A stretch of 63,910 nucleotides of DNA, filler included, from Octopus bimaculoides (Eukaryota), in the NCBI RefSeq assembly GCF_001194135.2. It is 7 parts of 7 records of this genome, joined end to end, with 100 filler letters (N's around TTAATTAATTAA, not from the genome) between each part and the next. Parts side by side here need not be neighbours in the genome. Positions count along the whole stretch, not along the records: positions 48,121 to 53,403 come from NW_026436502.1; positions 53,504 to 62,659 come from NC_068984.1; positions 62,760 to 63,910 come from NW_026321932.1; 4 more parts are not named here. The stretch is one strand, 5' to 3'. Of the stretch, positions 51,172-63,910 are shown in pieces (the stretch's first letter is position 1; every line of letters starts with the position of its first letter). The notes beneath the pieces were generated by a model. That model searched no databases, was not told where the DNA came from, and was given only the letters and a program-made list of their open reading frames with translations. A program made the position numbers and the translations under genes.

Positions 51172-51450
51172 GTAGAGGTGGCTGTGTAGTAAGAATCTTG
51201 CTTCTCAGCCACATGGTTTTGGGTTCGGTCCCACTGTGTGGCACCTTGGTCAATATCTTCTACTACAGCCTCAATACAACCAAAGCCGTGTGAGTGGATT
51301 TGGTAGACGGAAACTGAAAGAAGCCGATTGTATATATATGTATAGGCACAGGTGTGGCTGTGTGTTAAGATGCTTGCTTCCCAACCACATGGTTCCAGGT
51401 TCAGTCCCACCTCGTGGCACCTTGGGTAAATGTCTTCTACTATAGCCACT
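51172..51450 (+). mobile_element. Two tandem SINE family A heads
   Basis: Heads start at ~51172 and ~51345. Confidence 0.8.
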
Positions 51451-51530
51451 ATAGCAACTAATCTTCTATAGTAATTCATTTGCCAAAATAATGTAATAAT
51501 TCTACTTTTGTTACTTTTTTTAATTGCCAG

Positions 51531-51702
51531 AATCTCAGACCACTGAAGATTGGAATAGCCACTGGAGAACAATGTCAGAATCGAATCATGCTCAAACAAT
51601 TCTTACAAGGAAAGGCCATGGATTTCTGTCAAATAGACAGTTTTCGTTTTGGAGGAGTAAATGAAAACCTTGCAGTCATTTTAATGGCAGTAAAATTCAA
51701 AA
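51531..51702 (+). CDS. ENOSF1: ENOSF1 internal coding exon (172 nt, phase 0/1)
   Basis: TTTTTTAATTGCCAG|AAT...AAAA|GTAAGA. Reads NLRPLKIGIATGEQCQNRIMLKQFLQGKAMDFCQIDSFRFGGVNENLAVILMAVKFK. Contains the TGEQ metal ligand and QID. Confidence 0.95.
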
Positions 51703-52215
51703 GTAAGAATTCTTAGAATAATCAAGTCTTTGAATTTGGTTTACAAGGTTTGTGATATGAACTCTTGTGTTGAAACAGATTTTGTGGCATCTTGGGAGGG
51801 TCATTATGCCAAATATAAGTATACACACACACAGTTTCAATTTCATTTCTTTATTATTCATAAATTGGCTAGCTTTTTAACCAAGTAGCTAATCAATTGC
51901 TTGATTGATCATTTGATTAATCAATCAATCGTTTGTGGTTGCCTAAGTCCTTTTGTTGACATTCGTGACCTCTTCAATGACATAACTTCTCTACTCCAGG
52001 TCAGCTTCAGGCAACAACAACTTAAAATTATTTCACAAAATTTTGTTTCATCAGGAGAAAGAGTCAATGTCCATGGTCCTCACATAAGACTGAGACAGTT
52101 ATTTTTAAGTTGGTATCTGCAAGAATTAATTATTTATCTTGTTCACTCACAGAAACCTCTAGAAGAATATTCCAGCTCTTTTACCTTGCATGTATTTTTC
52201 TGTCTCGTTGTACAG

Positions 52216-52309
52216 TTCCTGTATGTCCGCATGCTGGTGGTGTTGGTCTGTGTGAGTTGGTACAACACCTTTCAATGTTTGATTACGCTTGTGTCTCAGG
52301 AAAACTCAG
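52216..52309 (+). CDS. ENOSF1: ENOSF1 internal coding exon (94 nt, phase 1/2)
   Basis: TACAG|TT CCT...CTC AG|GTAATC. Reads (I)[30 protein letters not shown], with the catalytic His in CPHAG. Phase joins the previous exon correctly. Confidence 0.93.
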
Positions 52310-52372
52310 GTAATCCGGTTCTCTCTGTTTAGTTCCATTTCTGCAATACAAACTAAAAACATCTATAACTAC

Positions 52373-52420
<48 letters not shown>

Positions 52421-52659
52421 TGTATTTCATTACATAATATTATGCAATATCATATAACATTATATAATTGCTATGAGAGTATTACTGCTCTCTATGTTTA
52501 CCAACTTATGTGATTTGTCATCCATCACCAAAATGCTATTGAAACAGTTGTAAACCAGGGAATAAGCAAGATACCAACAATTCTGCTCTCTGCTTGTTAT
52601 ATTATTGTGTGTGTGTGTGTGTAAAAAATATATATCAAAATCACAATCAAAAATGGAAA

Positions 52660-52945
52660 TCGTAGTTGTGGCTCCCGTGCCAGCGGTATGTAAAAAGCAC
52701 CATCCAAACAAGGTGGCGAATGCCAGTGCTGCCTGACTATCCCCCAAGCCAGTGGCACATAAAAAGCACCCACTACCTCGGTGTGGTTGGCATTAGGTAG
52801 AGCATCCAGCTGTAGAAACACTGCCAGATCAGATTGGAGCTTGGTGCGGCCTCCTGGCCTGCCAGTCCCCAGTGAAACTGTCCAACCCATGCCAGCATGG
52901 AAAACGGCCGTTAAACGTTGATGATGATGATGATGATGATGATGA
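52660..52945 (+). mobile_element. Family D (RTE-tailed) SINE-like element
   Basis: ...GAAACTGTCCAACCCATGCCAGCATGGAAAACGGCCGTTAAACGTT(GAT)n. Confidence 0.75.
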
Positions 52946-53092
52946 TATAGTATATATATGAATTATTTGGGCTTATACACTTCATTATTTATGAACTTAT
53001 TTTCTATAAAGAAATAGGTTGTCAAGAAAGTTCATGTGGAATTTTTAATTTTGGTTTTAAATGATGTTTTTTCAAATTAATTTGCGTTAAAT

Positions 53093-53185
53093 TACTTTGC
53101 CCAAGGTGCGACACTGTGGGATTAAACCCGGAACTATGTGGTTGGGAAGCAAGCTTCTTACCACACAGCCACTCCTGCACCTGTA
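53093..53185 (-). mobile_element. SINE family A head
   Basis: Reverse complement AGGTGCAGGAGTGGCTGTGTGGTAAGAAGCTTGCTTCCCAACCAC... Confidence 0.8.
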
Positions 53186-53534
53186 GCTACTCATAGTTGA
53201 TTCCATCAACTAAACTCACCCTCCTATACAAATCAGTAATTTTGTGCAAATATGAAAAATTTACATTTTATACACTTAGAAGTTTCTACACACATTTGTT
53301 TTATTTTGTGTAAATTATAATTGCAAAAAAAAACAAAAAAACAAAAAAAAAGTGATATCTCTCTTTTACTCTCTTTTACTTGTTTCAGTCATTTGACTGC
53401 GGCNNNNNNNNNNNNNNNNNNNNNNNNNNNNNNNNNNNNNNNNNNNNTTAATTAATTAANNNNNNNNNNNNNNNNNNNNNNNNNNNNNNNNNNNNNNNNN
53501 NNNCCTCCCCTCTCTCTCAGTCTCTATCTTTACT

Positions 53535-53680
53535 CTCTCGCTCTTCGTATCTCTCTCGCTCTTCGTATCTCTCTCGCTCTTCGTATCTCTCTCGCTCTTC
53601 GTATCTCTCTCGCTCTTCGTATCTCTCTCACTCTTCGTATCTCTCTCGCTCTTCGTATCTCTCTCGCTCTTCGTATCTCT
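53535..53680. repeat. 18-bp minisatellite (CTCTCGCTCTTCGTATCT)~8
   Basis: Direct, nearly perfect tandem units. Confidence 0.9.
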
Positions 53681-54162
53681 TTCTCTCTTCCCCTCTCTCT
53701 CCCTTCTCTCTTTCTCTCAACTTACGCAATTATTATATCTGCAGTTAATTACCAGAAAAGCCTTACAACTTCCGTTCAATTATAACATGGTAGCTGCAAT
53801 GTCACTTAATTAAATCTCATTATGTTTTCCCACCCAACCGATCCATACATGCTGGAAATGATCCAAATATTGGATCGCAATCACAATCTGAATATTGCCA
53901 GTGTTTTAACTCTTCAACACTAGACGTCAACGTCATCAATATCGCCATCACTCCCATCACCTACACTACTAACACCATCAATACCACCACCACCACCACC
54001 ATCTCCATCACCACGATTACGACTACGACCACGACCACGACCACCACCGATACCATTAATACCACCACCAACAACAACAAACAACACCGAAAGACATTAA
54101 ATTCACCACGACCACAACCGGTATTGCCACCTCCATGAATAGCACCATTATTTTGTCATCAA

Positions 54163-54206
<44 letters not shown>

Positions 54207-54207
54207 T

Positions 54208-54247
<40 letters not shown>

Positions 54248-54254
54248 GCCGCCG

Positions 54255-54291
<37 letters not shown>

Positions 54292-54808
54292 AGAGAGAGC
54301 ATTACTCCACCACTAAGAGTATCACCATCGGCATCACCACAACCTCAATAATCAGCCATTACCGCCATCACTGTCATCCCCATTACATTCGACATCCGAA
54401 TACCAACTTCAATATCACCATCAATTCTTTCCCTGTCGCCACCTTCAAAATCTCTCCCAACGCCGCTCCAACACCACCACCGATGACACTATCATGTACT
54501 CCATCATCGGCACTATCCCAGGTACCACTGCTAACTACCACTACTCGCAATACCACCACAAACACCATCATCACCGCCACGCTCTATACCGACCCCAATA
54601 TCATCATTTCAGCCATCACCCCCACCCTGAATATCACCTTCAAATTCGTCACCCAATACTACTACCAAAGCTACCAGCAATTGTACCTTCTCTATATGTA
54701 GCTCTTGTTACAACGTTATTGCTCGAGAGGGTATGCGAATTTAACGTAGCCGAAACTTGAGGCCTAATTTTCATGGTAACTTCTACATTCAGCGCATCAA
54801 TAACTACC

Positions 54809-54878
<70 letters not shown>

Positions 54879-55129
54879 TGAAAGTTTTTGGAAAAACAAA
54901 AAAATCAAAAACACTTGATACAATCACAATGTTAAAAGAAATTTAAGAAAAAATATTTTTGAAAAACAATATGTCACGAATCTTTCAGAAAGTTTTCGCA
55001 TTGAATGTATTTTATGTGTAAACGCTTTCGTTATTCAGCTTTTCAAACATGCGTGTACTGCGTTAATCCGTATAGAGAAATTTGTTTTTAGTAATGGTGT
55101 TGACTATTTCCGGTTTAGTTTCGTATTTA

Positions 55130-56163
55130 GAATTCTTATAAAATATTCTTCTTTTGCCTTTTGTAATTAATCGTTTTCGTCGTTTATTTTGAAAAAAGGA
55201 AATATTTTAAATTCTCCATTTGCACAATGTTCCATGTTTATTACATGGAACACTTCTAAGAGATATATTCTAATTTGTTGTTTGCGCACTCTCGCACGAC
55301 TGGTTAGTTTTCTTCCTGTTTCTCCAATATAATCCGCGCTGGTTTATGGGCATGTGATGCAGCAGATGAATATTTTTGTTTTGCAGTTCATGTTTGCATT
55401 TACCTTCAATTCCTTCCCATTTCGGAATCTTTTCATTGTTCCTTGTTTAATTATTTAACACGCCCCCTCCCCCAAACGAGGGTCTCCATAGTTTGTTATC
55501 TGCATTACTTCTTTCTATGATGTGAATCTCGTCCTCGTTAGGAATCTTTTGAGACTAAGTGGTTGTCTTCGGCCGTTGATGATTTGTAATTCTTTAATTA
55601 TTTGTCGGAGATTCGATGATTCATGTAGACTTGGGAGGTATCGTTTGGTCGAATGGTCGATATTGTGGTTTCTAGGATTATGGGCGACCACAAATGGAAT
55701 ATTTGTATTCGTATTTTTGTTTACACTCTCCGTGCAAGTGTTTCTCTGTAAGGCAGAGATTGGAATTTCTTTTGCTTTGGTTCTGGCATGGTTTATTAGG
55801 CTTGAGTGTATCTTTTTTGTTTCTGAAAGAACATAGTTCAACTTGTCGTTTCTCTCATCTATTTACATCTGTAATTACTGAACATATACCTCTTGCCATA
55901 TTGAATGGTGTGTTACTTTTGGTATGGGATGGATGTCAAGATCTAAAATCTAAATATTAGTATATGTCTGTACTTTTGCAGCAATTGATTAATTTTCTTT
56001 AATTATCAGAACGTCCAGAAAAGGGAGTACCCTGTCATTCATTTCCATAACGAACTGGATCGATCCATAAATCTTATTTATTAATCTAAAGAATCTTGTA
56101 AGATGCTCCTTACTTTTGTTCTAAAATATGAAGCAGTCATCCAAGAGTCTTTTCCAGTTTCTT
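55130..56163 (-). mobile_element. Penelope-like relic, Neptune/Poseidon-type (RT thumb + GIY-YIG)
   Basis: Minus strand NWKRLLDDCFIF, LPFLDVLI, HPSHTKSNTPFNMAR, PFVVAHNPRN, RRQPLSLKRFLTR, ICCITCP..DYIGETGRKL and CANGEFKIFPF. Confidence 0.8.
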
Positions 56164-56443
56164 NNNNNNNNNNNNNNNNNNNNNNNNNNNNNNNNNNNNN
56201 NNNNNNNNNNNNNNNNNNNNNNNNNNNNNNNNNNNNNNNNNNNNNNNNNNNNNNNNNNNNNNNNNNNNNNNNNNNNNNNNNNNNNNNNNNNNNNNNNNNN
56301 NNNNNNNNNNNNNNNNNNNNNNNNNNNNNNNNNNNNNNNNNNNNNNNNNNNNNNNNNNNNNNNNNNNNNNNNNNNNNNNNNNNNNNNNNNNNNNNNNNNN
56401 NNNNNNNNNNNNNNNNNNNNNNNNNNNNNNNNNNNNNNNNNNN

Positions 56444-56476
<33 letters not shown>

Positions 56477-58664
56477 GTATGTATGTATGTATGTATGTAT
56501 AAGTAGGAGTAAATGATAGGGTAGTTACGGGAGGAGTTCAAATTTTATAGGTCTTCGATGGGGTAGGTTGTGATTATGTTGATAATAGTTAGAAAAATAA
56601 CACATATTAATTGAAAATATACAATGGAAAATTTGTTTTACTTAATTCTATTTTAAAATAATTAATGCTTTTCTTCCAAAAATTGGTATTCATTTCATCA
56701 TTTTGTACAAGCACCAATAAATTTGATAAAATCTATATTATACTTATTGTAATTATGCAATATTTCCTGATATTACCTATAGTGACAAAAGTATACTTCC
56801 TAGGTTACCTGTCACAAGACGGATAACTGTGTGTGACATGCATGACAAGGTTTTACATATTCGACAAGCTTTTACGTATTTTCCGTCTATCCAAGATATG
56901 GGAGAACTTGGTGCTCATAGAAAATAACATTTGCTCACGAGAACATACCATAGGATCCACGTCTTAATTAGTTAACCATGCTACACAAAACTATAAAAAT
57001 TAGATGATTACACATGTAAGTATGTGTAAGAAGGGCATCTGCACAGTTTTCATCAACACAATTTCACTCTCAAATTATAGAACAAATCTAATAACAACTA
57101 CGCACTGATGTGCAATATGATCGAACTCGGGACCATGTGTTTCGAAGCAAAAGGATTATTAACCACGCAGCTAGGGTTACAACTATATGCATATCGCATT
57201 TCGCGTCTTTTTAGAAATTAAAATTTTATTGCATTGTTGTGTACAGTCGGTCAATAAAGACAACAGAACAAACATTGAACTACGTGATATATATGAGTAT
57301 TCACACTATTGTTCAAAGGAAAAAGAAAAGGAAAAGGAGGAGAGGAGGAGGAGGAGGNNNNNNNNNNNNNNNNNNNNNNNNNNNNNNNNNNNNNNNNNNN
57401 NNNNNNNNNNNNNNNNNNNNNNNNNNNNNNNNNNNNNNNNNNNNNNNNNNNNNNNNNNNNNNNNNNNNNNNNNNNNNNNNNNNNNNNNNNNNNNNNNNNN
57501 NNNNNNNNNNNNNNNNNNNNNNNNNNNNNNNNNNNNNNNNNNNNNNNNNNNNNNNNNNNNNNNNNNNNNNNNNNNNNNNNNNNNNNNNNNNNNNNNNNNN
57601 NNNNNNNNNNNNNNNNNNNNNNNNNNNNNNNNNNNNNNNNNNNNNNNNNNNNNNNNNNNNNNNNNNNNNNNNNNNNNNNNNNNNNNNNNNNNNNNNNNNN
57701 NNNNNNNNNNNNNNNNNNNNNNNNNNNNNNNNNNNNNNNNNNNNNNNNNNNNNNNNNNNNNNNNNNNNNNNNNNNNNNNNNNNNNNNNNNNNNNNNNNNN
57801 NNNNNNNNNNNNNNNNNNNNNNNNNNNNNNNNNNNNNNNNNNNNNNNNNNNNNNNNNNNNNNNNNNNNNNNNNNNNNNNNNNNNNNNNNNNNNNNNNNNN
57901 NNNNNNNNNNNNNNNNNNNNNNNNNNNNNTATCCCCTCCCCCGCCACCCCCGCCCCAAAAGTTGGGTCTGAATAAGAAACCGCTGTTGTTGTTTAACTCC
58001 AAATCAACTCTGATTGATAGAAACCTATGATAAAAACATTCTGGCCGTGACCAACCGTTTTGACTGCATACATTATTAAATGTGGTATGTGAGTGAGTGT
58101 ATGTGTGTGTGAGAGAGAAAGAGGGGGAGAGAGATGAAGAGGGAGGAGAAGAGCGCTAGAGGGTGTTGATGTTGTTTCTGTTTAAGCCCATGTCAGTCTA
58201 AATAGAGATGGCATACGAGGAAAGATATCCTGACCGTGGTTATGTTGTCTCTTTTGTATCTCTACGATTACATTATCCATATGGCCTTATTTTTTCTAAG
58301 GTGACATGATAAGATTGTTCGAAATTTAGGTGCTATTTTTAGCATATGGAACGAACACATACAAAGCTGTGAATTTTACTTCCTCTTCTATAGTCATTAC
58401 GTAAAATAATTTCATGTGATACAGTGAAGTCGTCAACTCGGTCTAAGTATAAGGATACACACATACACGCGCGTACGCTCACACTTACACACACACACAC
58501 ACGCATACGCTGCGCACACACTCGAGCCCTCACCCCTTTCTCACATATAAAATAATTCTCAAAAATTCCCGTTAATTATATTAGTTACAAGCTCTTCCAT
58601 TATGGGTGTGCATGTGGGTGTGTATGCGTGAACGTGATCTATCTATCTATCATAACTAACTGGT

Positions 58665-58970
58665 ACTCCGTCGGCTACGACGACGACGAGTGTTTCAATT
58701 GATCCGATCAACGGAACAAACTTCTCGTGGAATTAACGCGCAAGTGGCTAAGCACTCCACAGACACGTGTACCCTTAATGTAGTTCTCAGAGAAATTCAG
58801 CGCGACACAGAATGTGATATTAATGGCCCTTTAAATACATGTTCTACTCATTTTGGCCAGCAGAGTGGACTGAAACAGCGCGAAATAAAGTGTCTAGCAT
58901 AAGGATACAACCCGCCACCAGATATCGAACACACGATCTTACGATCGTGAGCCGAATACCCTAACTACTT
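58665..58970 (-). mobile_element. SINE family C variant with a different tail
   Basis: Minus strand TAGTTAGGGTATTCGGCTCACGATCG...GACACTTTATTTCGCGCTG...CAGTCCACTCTGCTGGCCAAAATGAG. Confidence 0.6.
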
Positions 58971-60009
58971 ACAGGACTCGCAGGGCCAGTTACCCGCTTT
59001 CCTTAGTGTATACGTAAGCGAGATCACATTTCCCCTGAACGAGGCGCCAGTACGTCACAGGGTTACTTGTTTACAACCTAATAGACTGGAGCAACGTGAA
59101 ATTACGTATTCTGTTCAACACAACACACTGACCAGGCCAGGAATCTTGTGATCATGAGTACAACAACCAAACCCTCGCGCCAAGCACCTTCACACANNNN
59201 NNNNNNNNNNNNNNNNNNNNNNNNNNNNNNNNNNNNNNNNNNNNNNNNNNNNNNNNNNNNNNNNNNNNNNNNNNNNNNNNNNNNNNNNNNNNNNNNNNNN
59301 NNNNNNNNNNNNNNNNNNNNNNNNNNNNNNNNNNNNNNNNNNNNNNNNNNNNNNNNNNNNNNNNNNNNNNNNNNNNNNNNNNNNNNNNNNNNNNNNNNNN
59401 NNNNNNNNNNNNNNNNNNNNNNNNNNNNNNNNNNNNNNNNNNNNNNNNNNNNNNNNNNNNNNNNNNNNNNNNNNNNNNNNNNNNNNNNNNNNNNNNNNNN
59501 NNNNNNNNNNNNNNNNNNNNNNNNNNNNNNNNNNNNNNNNNNNNNNNNNNNNNNNNNNNNNNNNNNNNNNNNNNNNNNNNNNNNNNNNNNNNNNNNNNNN
59601 NNNNNNNNNNNNNNNNNNNNNNNNNNNNNNNNNNNNNNNNNNNNNNNNNNNNNNNNNNNNNNNNNNNNNNNNNNNNNNNNNNNNNNNNNNNNNNNNNNNN
59701 NNNNNNNNNNNNNNNNNNNNNNNNNNNNNNNNNNNNNNNNNNNNNNNNNNNNNNNNNNNNNNNNNNNNNNNNNNNNNNNNNNNNNNNNNNNNNNNNNNNN
59801 NNNNNNNNNNNNNNNNNNNNNNNNNNNNNNNNNNNNNNNNNNNNNNNNNNNNNNNNNNNNNNNNNNNNNNNNNNNNNNNNNNNNNNNNNNNNNNNNNNNN
59901 NNNNNNNNNNNNNNNNNNNNNNNNNNNNNNNNNNNNNNNNNNNNNNNNNNNNNNNNNNNNNNNNNNNNNNNNNNNNNNNNNNNNNNNNNNNNNNNACACA
60001 AACTCATAC

Positions 60010-60180
60010 ACATACATATAGGTTTCTTTCAGTTTTCGTTTGTCAAATCCATTCGCAAAGTAGTGATCGGCCCGGGGCTATAGTAGGTGATATTTGCCCA
60101 AAATTCCACGCAGTAAGACTGAACCCAGAAGCACGAGTTTGGGAAGCAAATTCCTCACCATAAAGTCGCGTTTGCCATAA
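60010..60180 (-). mobile_element. SINE family A 5' half
   Basis: Reverse of the family A head. Confidence 0.65.
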
Positions 60181-60319
60181 CTTTTTATTTTTTGGCTTAG
60201 CCAGGTGTTGAAGGGCAACGCCCTTAAGTGTTTTTAAGGTTTTCAAAAGAGGTGAGCAGAAAAGAGAAAGGTATCCTCAGATCGAAGGTATAGCTTGAAG
60301 TCTTATAACAACGTGTAAA

Positions 60320-60655
60320 GCGTAAAGACCCTCTTCAGTCAAGAATGACCGCGGGATTGCACCTAGAAAGTTACCCTCTGAGGCACAAGTCTAAGCAAGG
60401 TCATCTATGGAAGACCAGCAGTCGCCTATGCATATCAGTCTCTCCTCTCCACGCCACAGATGTTATCCAAGGGAAAGGCAAAGGCCAATATAGTTCATAT
60501 CGCATATCTACACTCACATCTACAGGTCAGTGAACTGGAACAACTTGAAATAAAGTGTCTTGCTCAAGAACACAACACAACCTGGTCCGGGAGTCGAACT
60601 CACTATCTCATGTTTGTGAGCCCGACGCTCTAACCATCGAGCCATGCACCTTCAC
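60320..60655 (-). mobile_element. SINE family C
   Basis: Colinear with 34760-35102. Confidence 0.75.
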
Positions 60656-60948
60656 AGGGTGTACTCTACAACTAAAAGGACCAAGAAATCATGTATAGTG
60701 TCTAACCGACCAATGGAGGAAGGCGATTACCTATGAACAGGAACGGTCAATCTATAGTTTCGATTTGTAAAATTTTATACAGAATGCATTGGTTGAGCTG
60801 GTGCCACGATAAAAAAAAATACTTGCACCAGATGCCATGCGGTATGACCGAATTCAGGACCTCGGAGTTGTGATGTGAACTTCTTAAGCACACAGCTATT
60901 CATGCAGCCATTCATACGAATATATTAAAACACATACACGTACACACG

Positions 60949-61016
<68 letters not shown>

Positions 61017-61496
61017 NNNNNNNNNNNNNNNNNNNNNNNNNNNNNNNNNNNNNNNNNNNNNNNNNNNNNNNNNNNNNNNNNNNNNNNNNNNNNNNNNNNN
61101 NNNNNNNNNNNNNNNNNNNNNNNNNNNNNNNNNNNNNNNNNNNNNNNNNNNNNNNNNNNNNNNNNNNNNNNNNNNNNNNNNNNNNNNNNNNNNNNNNNNN
61201 NNNNNNNNNNNNNNNNNNNNNNNNNNNNNNNNNNNNNNNNNNNNNNNNNNNNNNNNNNNNNNNNNNNNNNNNNNNNNNNNNNNNNNNNNNNNNNNNNNNN
61301 NNNNNNNNNNNNNNNNNNNNNNNNNNNNNNNNNNNNNNNNNNNNNNNNNNNNNNNNNNNNNNNNNNNNNNNNNNNNNNNNNNNNNNNNNNNNNNNNNNNN
61401 NNNNNNNNNNNNNNNNNNNNNNNNNNNNNNNNNNNNNNNNNNNNNNNNNNNNNNNNNNNNNNNNNNNNNNNNNNNNNNNNNNNNNNNNNNNNNNNN

Positions 61497-61562
<66 letters not shown>

Positions 61563-62613
61563 GGATATTCAATATATATCTACACATGCACACATTTTTC
61601 TCCCAGAAGTATCTGTCTACATTAATAATTACACGAAGGAAACTCGTTAGGTTTACACGATTCAGTTTTCAGTACGGTGTTACCACACACACAGACACAC
61701 ATACACACACACACATACACACACACACATACACACGCACACATATACACACATACACACATACACACATACACACATACACACATACACACACACACGC
61801 ATTACCACGATATAAGGATTCCATTCATTTTCATTGATAATCGTGCTGTTACATGATTCTTTTCACGCTTACGCTGTCGGTGTTACACTATCAGTTTAGC
61901 CTTTTGATTTCAAGACATTGTAATAAGGTTTCACTAGTTATGTTGCTATAATTGGTGTCTAGCTAAGTAGTTATTCATTTGCTAAGAACGACTTTATGTA
62001 TCATATAATCATGGATTATATGCACTATGTCTGTTTCTGATAGGAATCTTTCACACTACATACACGCCTACATACATGCATCTCTCTCTCTCTCTCTCAT
62101 TTTAGGCCTAGCGGCACTAATAACTTTTTATTATACATATGCTGCATAATAAATCGAAAGGCGAGTCTAGAGCGTAATGTGAATATTAATGAAATGACAA
62201 AAGAACAGGAGTTACGTAACCAGCTTCATTTGCTTATAACTGTTTCTACAATAAGAAACAAAGCACTCAGAACTGCATGCGATTGCATCATCTTATAGCA
62301 AGCCCTGGGCCTTTTAAAGGAAGTGTCTGTTTATTTCGGAAAGCATTTAAATACATGCGAAATATCACAGTTGAAATGATGGGAAGCTTGTAAAATTTAT
62401 TAAATAATTCCAGTTCCCTTGTCTTTTCATTAATTTCATACGTACATACATACATACATACATACATACATACATACATACCAACATACATACATACCAA
62501 CATACCCTGTTGTTGATGTTGAAATCTCAGTGAAGGAGCCTTGGATCTAGGTTAGAAACCGGTTCTTTCTTTATTGGCAAGAAATCTTAAAATAAAACTG
62601 AACATACATACAT

Positions 62614-62659
<46 letters not shown>

Positions 62660-62758
62660 NNNNNNNNNNNNNNNNNNNNNNNNNNNNNNNNNNNNNNNNN
62701 NNNTTAATTAATTAANNNNNNNNNNNNNNNNNNNNNNNNNNNNNNNNNNNNNNNNNNN

Positions 62759-63192
62759 NTATGAGGGGATACTCTAAAATGGCGGCTTCCACTTTATGGA
62801 TGGTGTCGTCATGAATGACGGAATGTGGTCGTTCGGATACAGGAGCAGTTTCCACCGATGTCCGACTACATGTGATCTGGTCATGCCAATGATTGACTAC
62901 GTCGTATGAGCGTACATCGTCACCATAAACTTCTTTCATCTTATCAAATGTCTCTTTTGGTGTACGACCTTTCAAGTATAAGAAACTGGTCACTGATCTG
63001 CATTCAACAGCTACTATTATAACACTTTAGTCCACTTCAGCAACCTTAAATAACAAACGAATACTAGTGGAAAGCTGCAATTTACAATGTGACATNNNNN
63101 NNNNNGAAACATGTATGATTATAGCTGTACAAGTTTCGTTTCCTGCAATAACTGGAAGTGGGTCAGAGGAAATCATTAATGAACACCCCTCG
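62759..63192 (-). mobile_element. mariner transposon 5' end (TIR + HTH-coding region); remainder in gap
   Basis: Minus strand TA|CGAGGGGTGTTCA terminus. Reads FLYLKGRTPKETFDKMKEVYGDD..SYDVV.HWH...RTSVETAP.SERP, the mariner N-terminal HTH. Confidence 0.85.
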
Positions 63193-63910
63193 TATGTCTT
63201 CACATTTTAATTCAACCTTTTCTTAAAAGGAAGAAATTTGTTTTGGCGCTTGAATACAGAGAACATCAAAGATATGTGGCACATAAATGAGGTGCCTACT
63301 CCCTTTAAGGGAATCTGGATGTTTGGGTCAGTCGTCCATAATTACACTAATTTCTGCAGATTTCCGAAATGGTCAAATCTGATATTTCTAGAAGATTGTG
63401 CGATTGAGTAGCATCTTTGCAACAGGAAAATATTTAGGTTCAAGTCAAACATTTTAAACGTGATAACGTGATCCAGATTGCACTATTTCTGCAGTGGCTG
63501 TAAGTGTTTGGTATACATACTGTTTGATCATAAGCCTACATGGGCATGAATGACAATCAGCCTAAATAGCAATAGTACCAATAAGAACGACGACAACAAC
63601 AACAACAATAAAAGATTCAGCAACACCTTTAGGATTAGTTTTTCCAGTTGTTATTTCGCTTCTTCTAAATTGACATTTCTTTAATTATCATGAAAGAAAT
63701 GATATTAAATTATCATTACTTAATTCTACTTTTAGTTCAGGACCCAGATGGTTTAAATCGAGAAAGATGTTGACGCCATCCTTCCATTATAACATTTTAA
63801 ACAATTTCCTTACCGTAATGCGAAATCAGTCCAATATTTTGGGTGATAAACTGAGCGAAATGGTCGATAAGGGCGAATTCAATATTATCCCGTTTATTGT
63901 AAATTGTACA

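Noticed and set aside
62225-62315. Further hammerhead-like remnants (62225-62315 minus; also 6026-6075 minus, 17088-17195 plus, 28125-28145 minus)
   Set aside because: One or both core boxes or the NUH triplet are broken or cut by a gap; too degenerate to call.
63741-63775. TTCAG|GACCCAGATGGT as the last ENOSF1 exon (DPG...)
   Set aside because: It reads DPDGLNRERC*, lacks PGYS and terminates early.
52310-63910. Antisense TYMS overlapping the ENOSF1 3' end, as in vertebrates
   Set aside because: No thymidylate synthase motifs were seen on the minus strand in this interval. It cannot be excluded in gaps or beyond the window.

Overview
Eukaryotic, AT-rich, gap-ridden draft-assembly scaffold. 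The SINE families and extreme microsatellite density look like an Octopus (coleoid cephalopod) genome; this is an inference. The only host gene I can support is three consecutive + strand coding exons of ENOSF1 (L-fuconate dehydratase/rTS-beta, enolase superfamily) at 49879-50013, 51531-51702 and 52216-52309. Its other exons were not found by eye in the window. Everything else is layered transposon debris: R4/Dong-type RLE LINE relics ending in (TAA)n, Penelope-like elements (Naiad-type and Neptune-type RT/GIY-YIG relics), Helitron relics, two DD37D/maT copies, a mariner, pogo-like and hAT MITEs, unclassified foldback MITEs, at least four SINE families and many simple repeats. The most notable unexplained signal is a set of at least six type I hammerhead-ribozyme-like motifs (CTGANGA...GAAAC-palindrome-GTH with a paired stem I). 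They are scattered through the window, mostly beside Penelope remnants or inside foldbacks, and one lies on the sense strand upstream of the first visible ENOSF1 exon. Almost all long ORFs in the supplied track are microsatellite or N-gap artefacts. Nothing here is shown to be a new system. Repeat coordinates are approximate (about +/-20 nt) unless a TIR or TSD is cited.
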